64,000 bases of DNA, taken from an uncultured Acidobacteriota bacterium. GTDB lineage: Bacteria > Acidobacteriota > Thermoanaerobaculia > Multivoradales > UBA5704. The stretch spans positions 2,656,001 to 2,720,000 of the forward strand of contig OY969474.1 of NCBI GenBank assembly GCA_963700145.1, given 5' to 3'. The notes below the pieces were generated by a model. The model did not search any database and had not been told where the DNA came from. It saw only the letters and a list, made by a program, of their open reading frames with translations. The position numbers and the translations under genes are program-made. Of the stretch, positions 9,396 through 19,210 are shown piece by piece (the stretch's first letter is position 1; the number at the start of each line of letters is the position of its first letter).

Positions 9396-10670
9396 ATGAA
9401 AGCACTCGTTCTCGCCCTCGGGCTCGCCCTCACCTTGGTCGCCGCCCCGGCGGCCGCACAGGAGAGCGCCGAGCCGGCCAAGCCGCAACCCCCCGTGATC
9501 ACGGCCGGGAAAGACGGCTTCAGCCTGAAGTCCGCCGACGGCGCCTTCGTCCTCCGGTTGCGCGGTTACGTCCACGCCGACGGCCGCTTCTGGCTCGGCG
9601 ACGACGAGCGCCCGGCGACCGACACCTTCCTGCTGCGCCGCCTGCGGCCGATCTTCGAGGGGACGCTCTACGAGTTCGTCGACTTCCGCATCATGCCGGA
9701 CTTCGGCGAAGGGCAGACGCGGCTCTTCGACGGCTACATCGAGGCCCGCTTCACACCCGCCGCGAAGCTGCGCGCCGGCAAGTTCAAGCCGCCGGTGGGG
9801 CTCGAGCGGCTGCAGTCGGCGACCGACATCGTCTTCGTCGAGCGCGCGCTGCCGAGCAACCTCGTCCCCAACCGCGACGTCGGCGTGCAGCTCGCGGGGG
9901 ACCTCGCGGCGGGGCGGCTGGCCTACGCCGTGGGCCTCTTCAACGGTGTGCCCGACGGCGCCAGCGCCGACCTCGACAGCAACGACTCCAAGGACGTCGC
10001 CGCCCGCCTCTTCGCGACGCCGTTCGCAAAGGCGGAGGGGCCGCTCAAAGGGCTGGGCTTCGGCCTCGCCGCGAGCCGCGGCAACCAGCGCGGCACGGCC
10101 GCCGCGCCCGCCCTCCCGAGCTACCGCACGCAGGGCCAGCAGACTTTCTTCGGCTATCGGACGGACGGCGTCGCGTCGGGCGGCCCGACCCTCGCCGACG
10201 GCGCGCGCGAGCGTCTCTCGCCGCAGGGCTACCTCTACCGCGGGCCGCTCGGCCTGATGGCCGAGCACGTCCGCTCGTCGCAGGAGGTGCGGCGCGGGAC
10301 GACGCAGGCGGAGCTGACCCACGACGCCTGGCAGCTCGCGGCCTCCTGGGTGCTCACCGGCGAGGACGCCTCCTACCGCGGCGTGACGCCGCGCGCGCCG
10401 TTCGATCGCGAGACGGGCGCCTGGGGCGCCGTCGAGCTGGTCGCCCGCTTGAGCGCCCTCGACGTCGACGACGACGCCTTCCCGTTCTTCGCCGACCCTG
10501 CCGCCGCCGCCAGCGAGGCCACGGCCTGGGGGGTGGGCGTCAACTGGTACCTCGCCCGCGGCATACGGCTCGGCGCGAACTACGAGACCACCAGCTTCGA
10601 GGGCGGCGCCCCGACGGGCGACCGCGAAGACGAGCGGGTCCTCCTCACCCGCCTGCAGATCAACTTCTAG
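9396..10670 (+). CDS. OprO/OprP-family anion-selective porin
   Basis: Signal peptide, [35 protein letters not shown], terminal Phe. Confidence 0.85.
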   Translation: MKALVLALGLALTLVAAPAAAQESAEPAKPQPPVITAGKDGFSLKSADGAFVLRLRGYVHADGRFWLGDDERPATDTFLLRRLRPIFEGTLYEFVDFRIMPDFGEGQTRLFDGYIEARFTPAAKLRAGKFKPPVGLERLQSATDIVFVERALPSNLVPNRDVGVQLAGDLAAGRLAYAVGLFNGVPDGASADLDSNDSKDVAARLFATPFAKAEGPLKGLGFGLAASRGNQRGTAAAPALPSYRTQGQQTFFGYRTDGVASGGPTLADGARERLSPQGYLYRGPLGLMAEHVRSSQEVRRGTTQAELTHDAWQLAASWVLTGEDASYRGVTPRAPFDRETGAWGAVELVARLSALDVDDDAFPFFADPAAAASEATAWGVGVNWYLARGIRLGANYETTSFEGGAPTGDREDERVLLTRLQINF

Positions 10671-10684
10671 GAAGGAGAGCCGCC

Positions 10685-11716
10685 ATGCGCCACCACAACC
10701 TCGCCGGCATCCTCTGCGCTCTCTCCCTGGGCCTTGCCGCGGCCGTGCCGCCGGCCTTCGCGGCTCCCGCGCCCAAAGCTCCGGCCAAGGTCGAGCTGCT
10801 CAACGTCTCCTACGACCCGACGCGCGAGCTCTACACCGACTTCAACGCCGCCTTCGCTCGGCGCTGGAAGGCGAAGACCGGCCAGACCGTCACCGTCCAG
10901 CAGTCGCACGGCGGCTCGGGCAAGCAGGGGCGGTCGGTCATCGACGGCCTCGAGGCCGACGTCGTCACCCTCGCCCTCTCCTGGGACGTCGACGCCGTCG
11001 CCAACGCCGGGCTCGTGCCCAAGAGCTGGCAGGCGCGCCTCCCCAACAACAGCGCCCCCTACACCTCGACGATCGTCTTCCTGGTGCGCCAGGGGAACCC
11101 GAAGAAGATCCGCGACTGGGGGGACTTGGGGCGCCCGGGCGTGGCGGTCGTCACGCCCAACCCCAAGACCTCCGGCGGCGCGCGCTGGAACTACCTCGCC
11201 GCCTGGGGCTGGGCGCTGCGCCAGCCGGGGGGGAACGATGCCAAGGCGCGCGCCCTCGTCGCCCGCATCTTCAAGAACGTGCCGGTGCTCGACACCGGCG
11301 CCCGCGGCTCGACCGTCACCTTCGTCGAGCGCGGCATCGGCGACGTGCTGATCGCCTGGGAGAACGAGGCGCTGCTGGCGGCGCGCGAGCTGGGCAAGGG
11401 GAAGTTCCAGATCGTGGCGCCGTCGCGGTCGATCCTCGCCGAGCCGCCGGTCGCGTGGGTGGACAAGGTGGTGCGCAAGAAGAAGACCGGCGCCGTCGCC
11501 CAAGCCTACCTGCGGCACCTCTACACCCCCGAGGGGCAGGAGATCGCCGCCCGCCACTACTACCGGCCGCGCAACAAGGCCGTGCTGGCGAAGCACGCCG
11601 CGAAGTTCCCCAAGATCGAGCTCTTCACGATCGGCGACTTCGGCGGCTGGGCCAAGGCGCAGAAGACCCACTTCGCCGACGGCGGGGTGTTCGACCAGAT
11701 CTACGGCGGGCGCTAG
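10685..11716 (+). CDS. sbp: Sulfate ABC transporter substrate-binding protein
   Basis: [47 protein letters not shown]. Confidence 0.97.
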   Translation: MRHHNLAGILCALSLGLAAAVPPAFAAPAPKAPAKVELLNVSYDPTRELYTDFNAAFARRWKAKTGQTVTVQQSHGGSGKQGRSVIDGLEADVVTLALSWDVDAVANAGLVPKSWQARLPNNSAPYTSTIVFLVRQGNPKKIRDWGDLGRPGVAVVTPNPKTSGGARWNYLAAWGWALRQPGGNDAKARALVARIFKNVPVLDTGARGSTVTFVERGIGDVLIAWENEALLAARELGKGKFQIVAPSRSILAEPPVAWVDKVVRKKKTGAVAQAYLRHLYTPEGQEIAARHYYRPRNKAVLAKHAAKFPKIELFTIGDFGGWAKAQKTHFADGGVFDQIYGGR

Positions 11717-12580
11717 GTGGCGGCAGCCGCGCGTCCCCGCCGCCGCCGCACGCACGGCGTCCTGCCGGGCTTCGGCCTGTCGCTGGGGTTCACGCTGCTC
11801 TACCTGTCGCTGATCGTCCTGATCCCGCTGTCGACGCTCTTTCTCAAGACCCTGACGCTCTCCTGGGACGAGTTCTGGTCGACCGTCACCGCGCCGCGCA
11901 CGCTCGCCGCCTACCGCCTCTCCTTCCTGGCGGCGGGCGCCGCCGCGGTCGTCAACGGCGTCTTCGGCCTGCTCCTCGCCTGGGTGCTCGAGCGCTACAC
12001 GTTTCCCGGCCGGCGGCTGCTGGACGGCTTGGTGGATCTCCCCTTCGCCTTGCCCACGGCAGTCGCCGGCATTTCCCTCGCCTCACTCTGGGCCAAGAAC
12101 GGCTGGCTGGGCCGCTGGGTCGAGCCCTTCGGGATCGAGGTCGCCTACACGCCGCTCGGCGTCGTCGTGGCGCTGGTCTTCGTCGGGCTCCCCTTCGTCG
12201 TGCGCACCGTGCAGCCGGTCCTGCGCGACCTCGACCCGGCGGTCGAGGAGGCCGCGGCGAGCCTTGGCGCCGGGCGGCTGGCGACGCTGCGGCGGGTGGT
12301 GCTGCCGGAGCTGCGGCCGGCGGCGGTGACCGGCAGCGTCCTCGCCTTCGCCCGCGGCTTGGGCGAGTACGGCTCGGTCATCTTCATCGCCGGCAACATG
12401 CCGATGCGCTCGGAGATCACGCCGCTGCTCATCATGATCGAGCTCGAGCAGTACGACTACGCCGGCGCCACCGCGATCGCCCTGCTCTTCCTCCTCGCCT
12501 CCTTCGCCCTGCTCCTCGGCCTCAACTTCCTCTCCCGCTGGCAGGCGCGCGCGCACACGGCCGTCGAGGAGGAGCGGTAG
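11717..12580 (+). CDS. cysT: Sulfate ABC transporter permease CysT
   Basis: [35 protein letters not shown]. Confidence 0.96.
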   Translation: MAAAARPRRRRTHGVLPGFGLSLGFTLLYLSLIVLIPLSTLFLKTLTLSWDEFWSTVTAPRTLAAYRLSFLAAGAAAVVNGVFGLLLAWVLERYTFPGRRLLDGLVDLPFALPTAVAGISLASLWAKNGWLGRWVEPFGIEVAYTPLGVVVALVFVGLPFVVRTVQPVLRDLDPAVEEAAASLGAGRLATLRRVVLPELRPAAVTGSVLAFARGLGEYGSVIFIAGNMPMRSEITPLLIMIELEQYDYAGATAIALLFLLASFALLLGLNFLSRWQARAHTAVEEER

Positions 12581-12582
12581 AG

Positions 12583-13419
12583 ATGGCGGCCGCGGCGCCG
12601 GCGCGCGTGCGGCCGCTCGAGGAGCCGCGCCTCGTCCGCTGGCTCCTCCTGACGCTCGCGCTCGCCTTCGTCGGCCTCTTCCTCCTCGTGCCGCTCGTCG
12701 CCGTCTTCGTCGAGGCCTTCGCCGAGGGCTGGGCGGTCTACCGCGCCGCGGTGACCGACCCGATCGCCCGCGCCGCGATCCGCCTGACGCTCACGACCGC
12801 CGCCATCGCGGTGCCGGCGAACCTCCTCTTCGGCCTCGCGGCGGCCTGGGCGGTGAGCAAGTTCCGCTTCCGCGGCAAGGGCCTGCTGGTGACGCTGATC
12901 GACCTGCCGTTCAGCGTCTCGCCGGTCATCTCCGGCATGATGTTCGTCCTCCTCTTCGGCGCCCAGGGCTTCCTCGGCCCCTGGCTCGCGGCGCACGACT
13001 GGAAGGTTATCTTCGCCCTCCCCGGGATCGTCCTCGCCACCGTCTTCATCACCGCGCCGCTGGTGGCGCGCGAGCTGATCCCGCTGATGCAGGCTCAAGG
13101 CAGCGAGGAGGAGGAGGCCGCGCTCACCCTCGGCGCCAGCGGCTGGCAGACCTTCCGCCGCGTCAGCCTGCCGAAGATTCGCTGGGGCCTCATCTACGGC
13201 GTGGTGCTGTGCAACGCGCGGGCGATGGGGGAGTTCGGGGCGGTGTCGGTCGTCTCGGGGCACATCCGCGGGCGCACGACGACCCTGCCGCTGCACGTCG
13301 AGATCCTCTACAACGAGTACCAGTTCGCCGCCGCCTTCGCGGCCGCCTCGCTGCTGACGCTGCTCGCGCTCCTCACCCTCGGGGTCAAGGCCCTGGTGGA
13401 GTGGCGTACGGCCCGGTAG
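12583..13419 (+). CDS. cysW: Sulfate ABC transporter permease CysW
   Basis: [33 protein letters not shown]. Confidence 0.96.
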   Translation: MAAAAPARVRPLEEPRLVRWLLLTLALAFVGLFLLVPLVAVFVEAFAEGWAVYRAAVTDPIARAAIRLTLTTAAIAVPANLLFGLAAAWAVSKFRFRGKGLLVTLIDLPFSVSPVISGMMFVLLFGAQGFLGPWLAAHDWKVIFALPGIVLATVFITAPLVARELIPLMQAQGSEEEEAALTLGASGWQTFRRVSLPKIRWGLIYGVVLCNARAMGEFGAVSVVSGHIRGRTTTLPLHVEILYNEYQFAAAFAAASLLTLLALLTLGVKALVEWRTAR

Positions 13420-13431
13420 TACAGTGCCCGG

Positions 13432-14583
13432 ATGCGCTGGTTCGGGAGGAGGGAGCGCGAGCCGGACGAGGAGATGGAGCGCCGTCTCCTCGCCACGACG
13501 GCGGAGCTGCGCCGCCGGCAGGCGGAGACCGACGCCGTGCTCGGCGGCATCGTCGAGGGGGTCTACTCGGTCGACCGCGACCGCCGCGTCCGGTACCTCA
13601 ACCCGCAGGCGGCGGAGCTCCTCGGCGTCACCCGGGAGGAGGCGCTCGGCCGTTTCTGCGGCGACCTCCTGAACCCGCAGGGCCCGGACGGCGTCCGCCC
13701 CTGCGAGACGAGCTGCCCGATCGTCCACGCGCGCTCGCGCGGCAGCTCGCGCGCCACCGAGCAGCTCCTGCTGCCCGGCGGCGGCCGGCGCACCGTCGTC
13801 CTGACCAGCGCGCCGCCGGCCGAAGGCAGGCAGGTGCAGGTGCTGCGCGACGAGACGGAGGTCGAGGCCAGCCGCCGCCAGCGCGACGCCGTCCTCGCCA
13901 ACATCTCGCACGAGTTCAAGACCCCGCTCGCCGCCCAGCTCGCCTCGATCGAGCTGCTGCGCGACAGCCTGGAGGCCGGTGACGGCGCCGGCAGCCGCCA
14001 GCTCGTCACCGCGCTGGCGCGCGGCACGCTGCGGTTGACACGGCTAGTGGACAACCTGCTCGAGAGCGTGCGCATCGAGGCCGGCCAGGACGCCCTGCGC
14101 CTGCGGCCCGTGGCGGTCGACCAGGTCGTCGAGGAGGCGGTCGAGCTGACGGCGCCGCTGCTCGAGCAGCGCGGCCAGCGGCTCGCGGTCGAGCTCCCCT
14201 TCCCGCTGCCGCGGGTGCAGGCCGACCCGCCGCGTCTGGTCCAGGTCTTCGTCAACCTCCTCGCCAACGCCAACAAGTTCGCGCCCGCCGAGTCGACGGT
14301 GCGGATCGGCGGCGAAGCGACCGACGGCACGGTGACGCTTTGGGTGGAGGACGAGGGGCCGGGGGTGCCGGCGCCGGCGGAGGGCTCGATCTTCGACCGC
14401 TTCTACCGCGCCGGCGGCGAGCCGGAGCAGACCGGCTTGGGGCTCGGGCTCTGGATCGTCAAGTCGATCGTTGAGCGGCACGGCGGCCAAGTCGCCGCCG
14501 CGAGCGGCGGCCGCGAGGGGCGCGGCGCCCGCCTCTGCGTCACCCTGCGGCGAGCGGCGGACGATGAAGATCCTGGTCGTTGA
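13432..14583 (+). CDS. Cytoplasmic PAS-domain sensor histidine kinase
   Basis: PAS (GVYSVD, YLNPQAAELLG), H-box SHEFKTPL, N-box NLLANANKF, DEGPG and GLGLG. Confidence 0.92.
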   Translation: MRWFGRREREPDEEMERRLLATTAELRRRQAETDAVLGGIVEGVYSVDRDRRVRYLNPQAAELLGVTREEALGRFCGDLLNPQGPDGVRPCETSCPIVHARSRGSSRATEQLLLPGGGRRTVVLTSAPPAEGRQVQVLRDETEVEASRRQRDAVLANISHEFKTPLAAQLASIELLRDSLEAGDGAGSRQLVTALARGTLRLTRLVDNLLESVRIEAGQDALRLRPVAVDQVVEEAVELTAPLLEQRGQRLAVELPFPLPRVQADPPRLVQVFVNLLANANKFAPAESTVRIGGEATDGTVTLWVEDEGPGVPAPAEGSIFDRFYRAGGEPEQTGLGLGLWIVKSIVERHGGQVAAASGGREGRGARLCVTLRRAADDEDPGR

Positions 14584-15271
14584 CGACGACCTCGACCTGC
14601 TGGGGCTGGTGTCCTACGCGCTGCGGCAGGGCGGCTACCTGACGGTCGAGGCGGTGGACGGCGAGGCCGCCCTCGCCGCCTGGGAGCGCGAGCGCCCCGA
14701 CCTGGTGATCCTCGACGTCAACCTGCCGAAGCTCTCCGGCTTCGCCGTCCTCGAGCGGCTGCGGGCGAAGTCGCGCGTGCCGGTCATGATGCTCACCGTG
14801 CGGGCGGCGGAGGAGGACGTCGTGCGCGGCCTCGACCTGGGCGCCGACGACTACCTGGCCAAGCCCTTCAGCCCGCGGACGCTGCTGGCCCGGGTGCGGG
14901 CGCTGCTGCGGCGGGTGGGAGTCGAGAAGCCCGGCGAGCTGGCGGCAGGGGACCTGGCGCTCGACCAGGAGCAGCACTTGGTACGGGTGCGCGGCGGACA
15001 AGCGGTGCGCCTGACGCCGTTGGAGGCGCGTCTCCTCCAACTCCTCCTAGCCAACGCCGGCCGCGCCCTCCCCGCCGAGCGCCTCCTGTCCCACGTCTGG
15101 GGCCGCCGCGGCGAAGGCGACCGCCAGCTCCTCAAACAGCTCGTCCACCGGCTGCGGCAGAAGATCGAAGAGAACCCCGCGGCACCGCGGTATCTGCAGA
15201 CGGAAAGCGGGGTCGGGTACCGGCTGGAGCCTGGGTCTCCGTCATCCTCGAACTCGGGACTACCGCGATGA
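14564..15271 (+). CDS. OmpR/PhoB-family response regulator
   Basis: KILVVDDD, LDVNLP, GADDYLAKPF, LRQKIEENP...GVGY. Confidence 0.95.
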   Translation: MKILVVDDDLDLLGLVSYALRQGGYLTVEAVDGEAALAAWERERPDLVILDVNLPKLSGFAVLERLRAKSRVPVMMLTVRAAEEDVVRGLDLGADDYLAKPFSPRTLLARVRALLRRVGVEKPGELAAGDLALDQEQHLVRVRGGQAVRLTPLEARLLQLLLANAGRALPAERLLSHVWGRRGEGDRQLLKQLVHRLRQKIEENPAAPRYLQTESGVGYRLEPGSPSSSNSGLPR

Positions 15272-15738
15272 AGCCGAGGGTCTACGTAGAAACCAGCGTG
15301 ATCAGCTACCTGGCGGCGATGCCGAGCCGTGACGTCGTCACCTTGGCGCATCAGCAGCTCACGTTCGAATGGTGGTCAGAGAGCGGCCGCTTCGATCTCT
15401 ACGTCTCGGACGCAGTTCTCGCCGAAGCTGCGCGCGGCGATCCTGCAGCTGCGGCACGCCGCGTCGCGGTGCTTCAGGATCTCCCGGTACTCGAGGTGAC
15501 ACGAGAGGTGTCGGAGCTCGCCGGTCGATTTCTGAATGCCGGTGTGCTGCCTGCGGCGGCCTTGGTGGACGCGGTTCACGTCGCCGCTGCCGTCGTCCAC
15601 GGAATGGACTACCTGCTGACCTGGAACTGCGCGCACATTGCCAACGCTGCGGTTCGTGCTAGCTTGGAAAGAGCGTGCCGGGAATACGGTTTCGAGCCGC
15701 CGATCATCTGCACGCCCGAGGAGCTCACGGAGGGCTGA
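15268..15738 (+). CDS. PIN-domain (VapC-like) toxin
   Basis: VYVETSVISYL, DAVHVA, DYLLTWNCAHIANA, IICTPEEL. Confidence 0.9.
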   Translation: MKPRVYVETSVISYLAAMPSRDVVTLAHQQLTFEWWSESGRFDLYVSDAVLAEAARGDPAAAARRVAVLQDLPVLEVTREVSELAGRFLNAGVLPAAALVDAVHVAAAVVHGMDYLLTWNCAHIANAAVRASLERACREYGFEPPIICTPEELTEG

Positions 15739-15741
15739 CGC

Positions 15742-15927
15742 ATGGAGCGAGATCCGATCGTCGAGGAAGTGCGCGCGATTCGAGACGCCTTCGCGCGCGA
15801 GCACGGCTACGATCTGGAGTCGATCGTGACCGCCCTCCAGGAGGAGCGCGCGAAGAGCGGACGCCAGGCTATTTCCCTGCCGCCAAAGCGACTGCAGAAG
15901 ACCAAGGCCGAGCGCAAGGCCGGCTGA
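15742..15927 (+). CDS. Small partner protein, putative antitoxin
   Basis: MERDPIVEEVRAIRD; 61 aa, 3 bp downstream of the PIN gene with GGAGG RBS. Confidence 0.75.
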   Translation: MERDPIVEEVRAIRDAFAREHGYDLESIVTALQEERAKSGRQAISLPPKRLQKTKAERKAG

Positions 15928-15969
15928 CGCGACCGAAGAATGCCCCGAGCGGGTTGCCGGGAAGAGCCT

Positions 15970-16335
15970 CGGAGCAAGCGTCCGACACGCTCCGTCAAAC
16001 GGGAAAACGTCCGAGACAAGTGGGAATCAGGCCGGTACGAGCGGGAATCGTAAAAGTACGCGGTACCGCAGGCCGAGGCAAACGGGAGTTGTAAAAGTAC
16101 GTCTGTACCGAAGCCTGGGGCAAGCGGGAATCGTAAAAGTACGGCGTCCTTTCCCGATTCCCGCTTGTACCGAGCGTTTCCCCTCTTGTACGGAGCATTT
16201 TACCGCTTGCACGGGGCGTGAGTCCGTTCGTCCCCGGCCTTTTCCCCTTTGCACCGGCCGTGCGGGCGTTTGACAGGAGCCTTGGCCCGTTTGCTCCGGG
16301 CCTGCGGACGATCGTCCCGCGCCGCGGGGCGCTTG
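15970..16335. repeat. Degenerate 21-bp-period array with two inverted arms (array B)
   Basis: caagcg-like cores at 15975, 15996, 16017, 16038, 16079, 16121; reverse-complement cgcttg-like cores every 21 bp from 16162 to 16330. Confidence 0.85.
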
Positions 16336-16351
16336 CTCTAGGAGGTTCCCC

Positions 16352-17362
16352 TCAGCTCCCCACCAGCCGGCTGAACTCCGGGCGGGTGAACTTGCCGTCC
16401 TGGTAGTAGCCGCTGTTGATCAGCAGGTCGAGCTGCGGCGGCGCCGCGAAGCCGCCGACGAGGAAGAGCGAGGTGGAGTCGGCCGGGACGAGCCCGCCGT
16501 GGCGGATGCCGCAGGGGGCCAGGGTGCAGTCGTAGGAGTGGGTGGGGAGCCAGCGGTCGCCGATCCAGACCTGGTCGCCGCCGAACCAGTTGACCACGCA
16601 CTCGTCCGACACCGGATGGGTGTGGATGTCGGCCGTCACCCCCGCCGCCATCGAGGAGAAGTTGAAGCCGGTGGCGCCGGTGCCGAAGCCGGCGAAGAGG
16701 ATGAGGAGCATGGCCGGCGGGCCTTCCGCCGCGCCTTGGACGAGGCCGGTCAGGGCGCCGCCGTAGAAGCAGTTGAAGAGCGCGCCGCCGCGCCGGATGT
16801 CGTCGTTGGCCAGGTTCCAGGCACGGACCTCGGAGTGGCTGTCGTGGAAGGCCATCTCGTTCTTGTTGGCGTACTCGACCCGCTTGGTGTTGAGCTTGGC
16901 GTAGTCGATGGCCTCGAAGTTCATCACCTTGTGAGTGGCGTCGTAGAAGCCCGCCGGCTGGTAGAGGTCGAACTGCGGCGGCGTGGTCTGGATCACCACG
17001 ACGAAATCGTCCGTGTTGTCGGCGGAGTTGCGCAGGCCGCGCTCGGTCGTCTGCGGGTAATAGACGATGTCCCCGGGCTCGACGTCGAGCCACTGCCCGC
17101 GCAGGTAGACCTCCCCCTTCCCCTTGAAGACGACGATCGCCTCCTCAGCCATGTCGTAGACCCAGCTCTCGCTCGCCTGCCCTGGCTTGACGGTCAGGAC
17201 GTGGACGGACTCGGTCAGGAAGCCGTTGCCCGGCCAGGCGATCGGCCGAGTGTCGATGCCGTGGGTCGTGATCGGGATGCCGTCGCCCAGGTTGCTGAGG
17301 GCGCCGAACTGCCGGATCTCGGTGTGCGTGAGGTATCTCTCCCAGTAGTCCTCGAGCTCCAT
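16352..17362 (-). CDS. Bicupin-fold protein
   Basis: Cupin motifs EEAIVVFKGKGEV...VEPGDIVYYP and HTHPVSDE...PCGIRHG; GGAGGAG RBS. Confidence 0.75.
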   Translation of the reverse strand: MELEDYWERYLTHTEIRQFGALSNLGDGIPITTHGIDTRPIAWPGNGFLTESVHVLTVKPGQASESWVYDMAEEAIVVFKGKGEVYLRGQWLDVEPGDIVYYPQTTERGLRNSADNTDDFVVVIQTTPPQFDLYQPAGFYDATHKVMNFEAIDYAKLNTKRVEYANKNEMAFHDSHSEVRAWNLANDDIRRGGALFNCFYGGALTGLVQGAAEGPPAMLLILFAGFGTGATGFNFSSMAAGVTADIHTHPVSDECVVNWFGGDQVWIGDRWLPTHSYDCTLAPCGIRHGGLVPADSTSLFLVGGFAAPPQLDLLINSGYYQDGKFTRPEFSRLVGS

Positions 17363-17371
17363 GGCTCCTCC

Positions 17372-18160
17372 CTATCCTTCCCCTAGCTCCATGCCCATCA
17401 CGTGATAGCCGGCGTCGACGTAGACGGTCTCGCCGGTGATGCCGGCGGCCAGCGGCGACAGCAGGTAGAGGCCGAGGTTGCCGACGTCGTCCTGGGTGAC
17501 GTTGCGGCCGAGCGGCGCCAGCGCGGCGACGCGCTTGTACATCTGCATGAAGCCCGGGATGCTGCGCGCCGCCACCGTCCTCACCGGCCCGGCGGAGACG
17601 GCGTTGACCCGCACCCCCTTGGGCCCCAGCTCGTAGGCCAGGTAGCGGACGCTCGCCTCCAGCGCGCTCTTGGCGATCGCCATGACGTTGTACTTGGGGA
17701 CCACCTTCTCGGAGGCGTAGTAGGTGAGAGTGACGATGCCGCCCCCCTCGCGCAGCAGCGGCTCGGCGGCGCGCGCCGTCGCCACCAGGGAGTAGGCGGA
17801 GACCTCGAGGGCGGTGCGCCAGTCCTCGCGCGTCGTCTCGATGTAGCGCCCGTCCATCGCCGCGCGCGGCGCGAAGGCGATGGCGTGGACCAGGTAGTCG
17901 AGATGCCCCCAGGCCTCCTTGAGGTCGCCGAAGGTCGCGGCCAGCTCCGCTTCGCTGAGCACGTCGCACTGGTAGAGGCGGCGCCCGGGGAGGTCCTTGG
18001 TCAGCCCCTCGAGATCTTCCCGCAGCCGCTCCCCCTGGTAGCTGAAGGCGAGCTCCGCGCCGGCCTGGTGGAGCTTCTCGGCGATCGCCCAGCCGAGGCT
18101 GCGCGCGTTCGCGACGCCCATGACGAGGCCGCGCTTGCCCGTCAAATCGATGGGGATCAT
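17372..18160 (-). CDS. fabI: Enoyl-ACP reductase
   Basis: GVANARSLGWAIA, YNVMAIAKSALEASVRYLA, VDAGY. Confidence 0.95.
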   Translation of the reverse strand: MIPIDLTGKRGLVMGVANARSLGWAIAEKLHQAGAELAFSYQGERLREDLEGLTKDLPGRRLYQCDVLSEAELAATFGDLKEAWGHLDYLVHAIAFAPRAAMDGRYIETTREDWRTALEVSAYSLVATARAAEPLLREGGGIVTLTYYASEKVVPKYNVMAIAKSALEASVRYLAYELGPKGVRVNAVSAGPVRTVAARSIPGFMQMYKRVAALAPLGRNVTQDDVGNLGLYLLSPLAAGITGETVYVDAGYHVMGMELGEG

Positions 18161-18184
18161 GGCGCGCTACTCTAGCAGCCCGAA

Positions 18185-19192
18185 ATGGACCTCTTCGCTC
18201 TTACGCGCGCGCTGGTGGACATCGACTCGACGACCGGCCGCGAGCCGGCGGCGACGGAGCTCCTCGCCGGGTATTTGGAGCCCTTGACGCGCGACGACGG
18301 CGGCGTGCTGGAGCGCTGGCCGGTCGAGGGCGCGCGCGAGAACCTCTTCGCCGCCTGGGGCGAGCCGGTGGTCGTCCTCTCGACGCACCTCGACACGGTG
18401 CCGCCGTTCTTCCCCTCGTCGGAGGACGGCGAGCGGATCGGCGGCCGCGGCGCCTGCGACGCCAAGGGGATCGCGGCGGCGATGGTCAAGGCGGTCGAGG
18501 GCCTGCTGGCGGAGGGAGGGCGCGGCTTCGGGCTCCTCTTCGTCGTCGGCGAGGAGACCGACAGCGTCGGCGCCATCGCCGCCAACCGCACGCCGCGCGG
18601 CTCGCGCTTCCTGATCGACGGCGAGCCGACCGAGAACCGCCAGGTCGTCGGCCACCGCGGCGCGCTCTGGCTGGCGCTGGAGGCGGCGGGGCGGGCGGCC
18701 CACTCCTCCACTCCCGAGCTGGGGGACTCGGCGATCGAGCGGCTGCTCGACGGCCTGGCCGCGCTCCGCGCCCTGCCGCTCCCCGAGGACCCGCTGCTCG
18801 GCACGACGCTCCTCAACATCGGCACGATCGCCGGCGGCCGGGCGCCGAACGTGATCGCCGACGAGGCGCGCGCCGAGGTCATGCTGCGCACGGTCGGCGA
18901 CACGACGGAGTGGAAGCGGGCGCTGCGGGCGGCGCTCGGGCCGAGCGGCGTGCGGGTGGCGGACGAGCGGGAGATCCCGCCGATCGTGATGCGGCCGCTG
19001 CCCGGCTTCCCGACCGAGGTCGTCCGCTTCACCACCGACATCCCGCGCCTCTCGGCCTGGGGGGAGCCGTTCCTCCTCGGGCCAGGGAGCGTGCGTCTCG
19101 CTCACACGGCGGAGGAGCACGTAGAGAAGAGGGAGCTGGTCGAGGCGGTGGGGCTCTATCAGAGGATGGTGCGCTTGCTGCAAGCGGAGTGA
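18185..19192 (+). CDS. M20 metallo-hydrolase, probable DapE/ArgE-like desuccinylase
   Basis: THLDTVP, GRGACDAKG, GEE, GEPT, AHT; heads the dap operon. Confidence 0.85.
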   Translation: MDLFALTRALVDIDSTTGREPAATELLAGYLEPLTRDDGGVLERWPVEGARENLFAAWGEPVVVLSTHLDTVPPFFPSSEDGERIGGRGACDAKGIAAAMVKAVEGLLAEGGRGFGLLFVVGEETDSVGAIAANRTPRGSRFLIDGEPTENRQVVGHRGALWLALEAAGRAAHSSTPELGDSAIERLLDGLAALRALPLPEDPLLGTTLLNIGTIAGGRAPNVIADEARAEVMLRTVGDTTEWKRALRAALGPSGVRVADEREIPPIVMRPLPGFPTEVVRFTTDIPRLSAWGEPFLLGPGSVRLAHTAEEHVEKRELVEAVGLYQRMVRLLQAE

Positions 19193-19210
19193 CGGCGGAG
19201 GGGAAGCGCG

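Noticed and set aside
6896-11716. 1606-aa ORF
   Set aside because: GC-rich shadow frame; only the last 343 aa (from ATG 10685) are the real sbp gene.
16041-16143. Three 20-bp direct repeats with 21-22-bp spacers, CRISPR-like
   Set aside because: The spacers resemble each other, the units are too short and no cas genes are present; it is a higher-order tandem repeat within array B.
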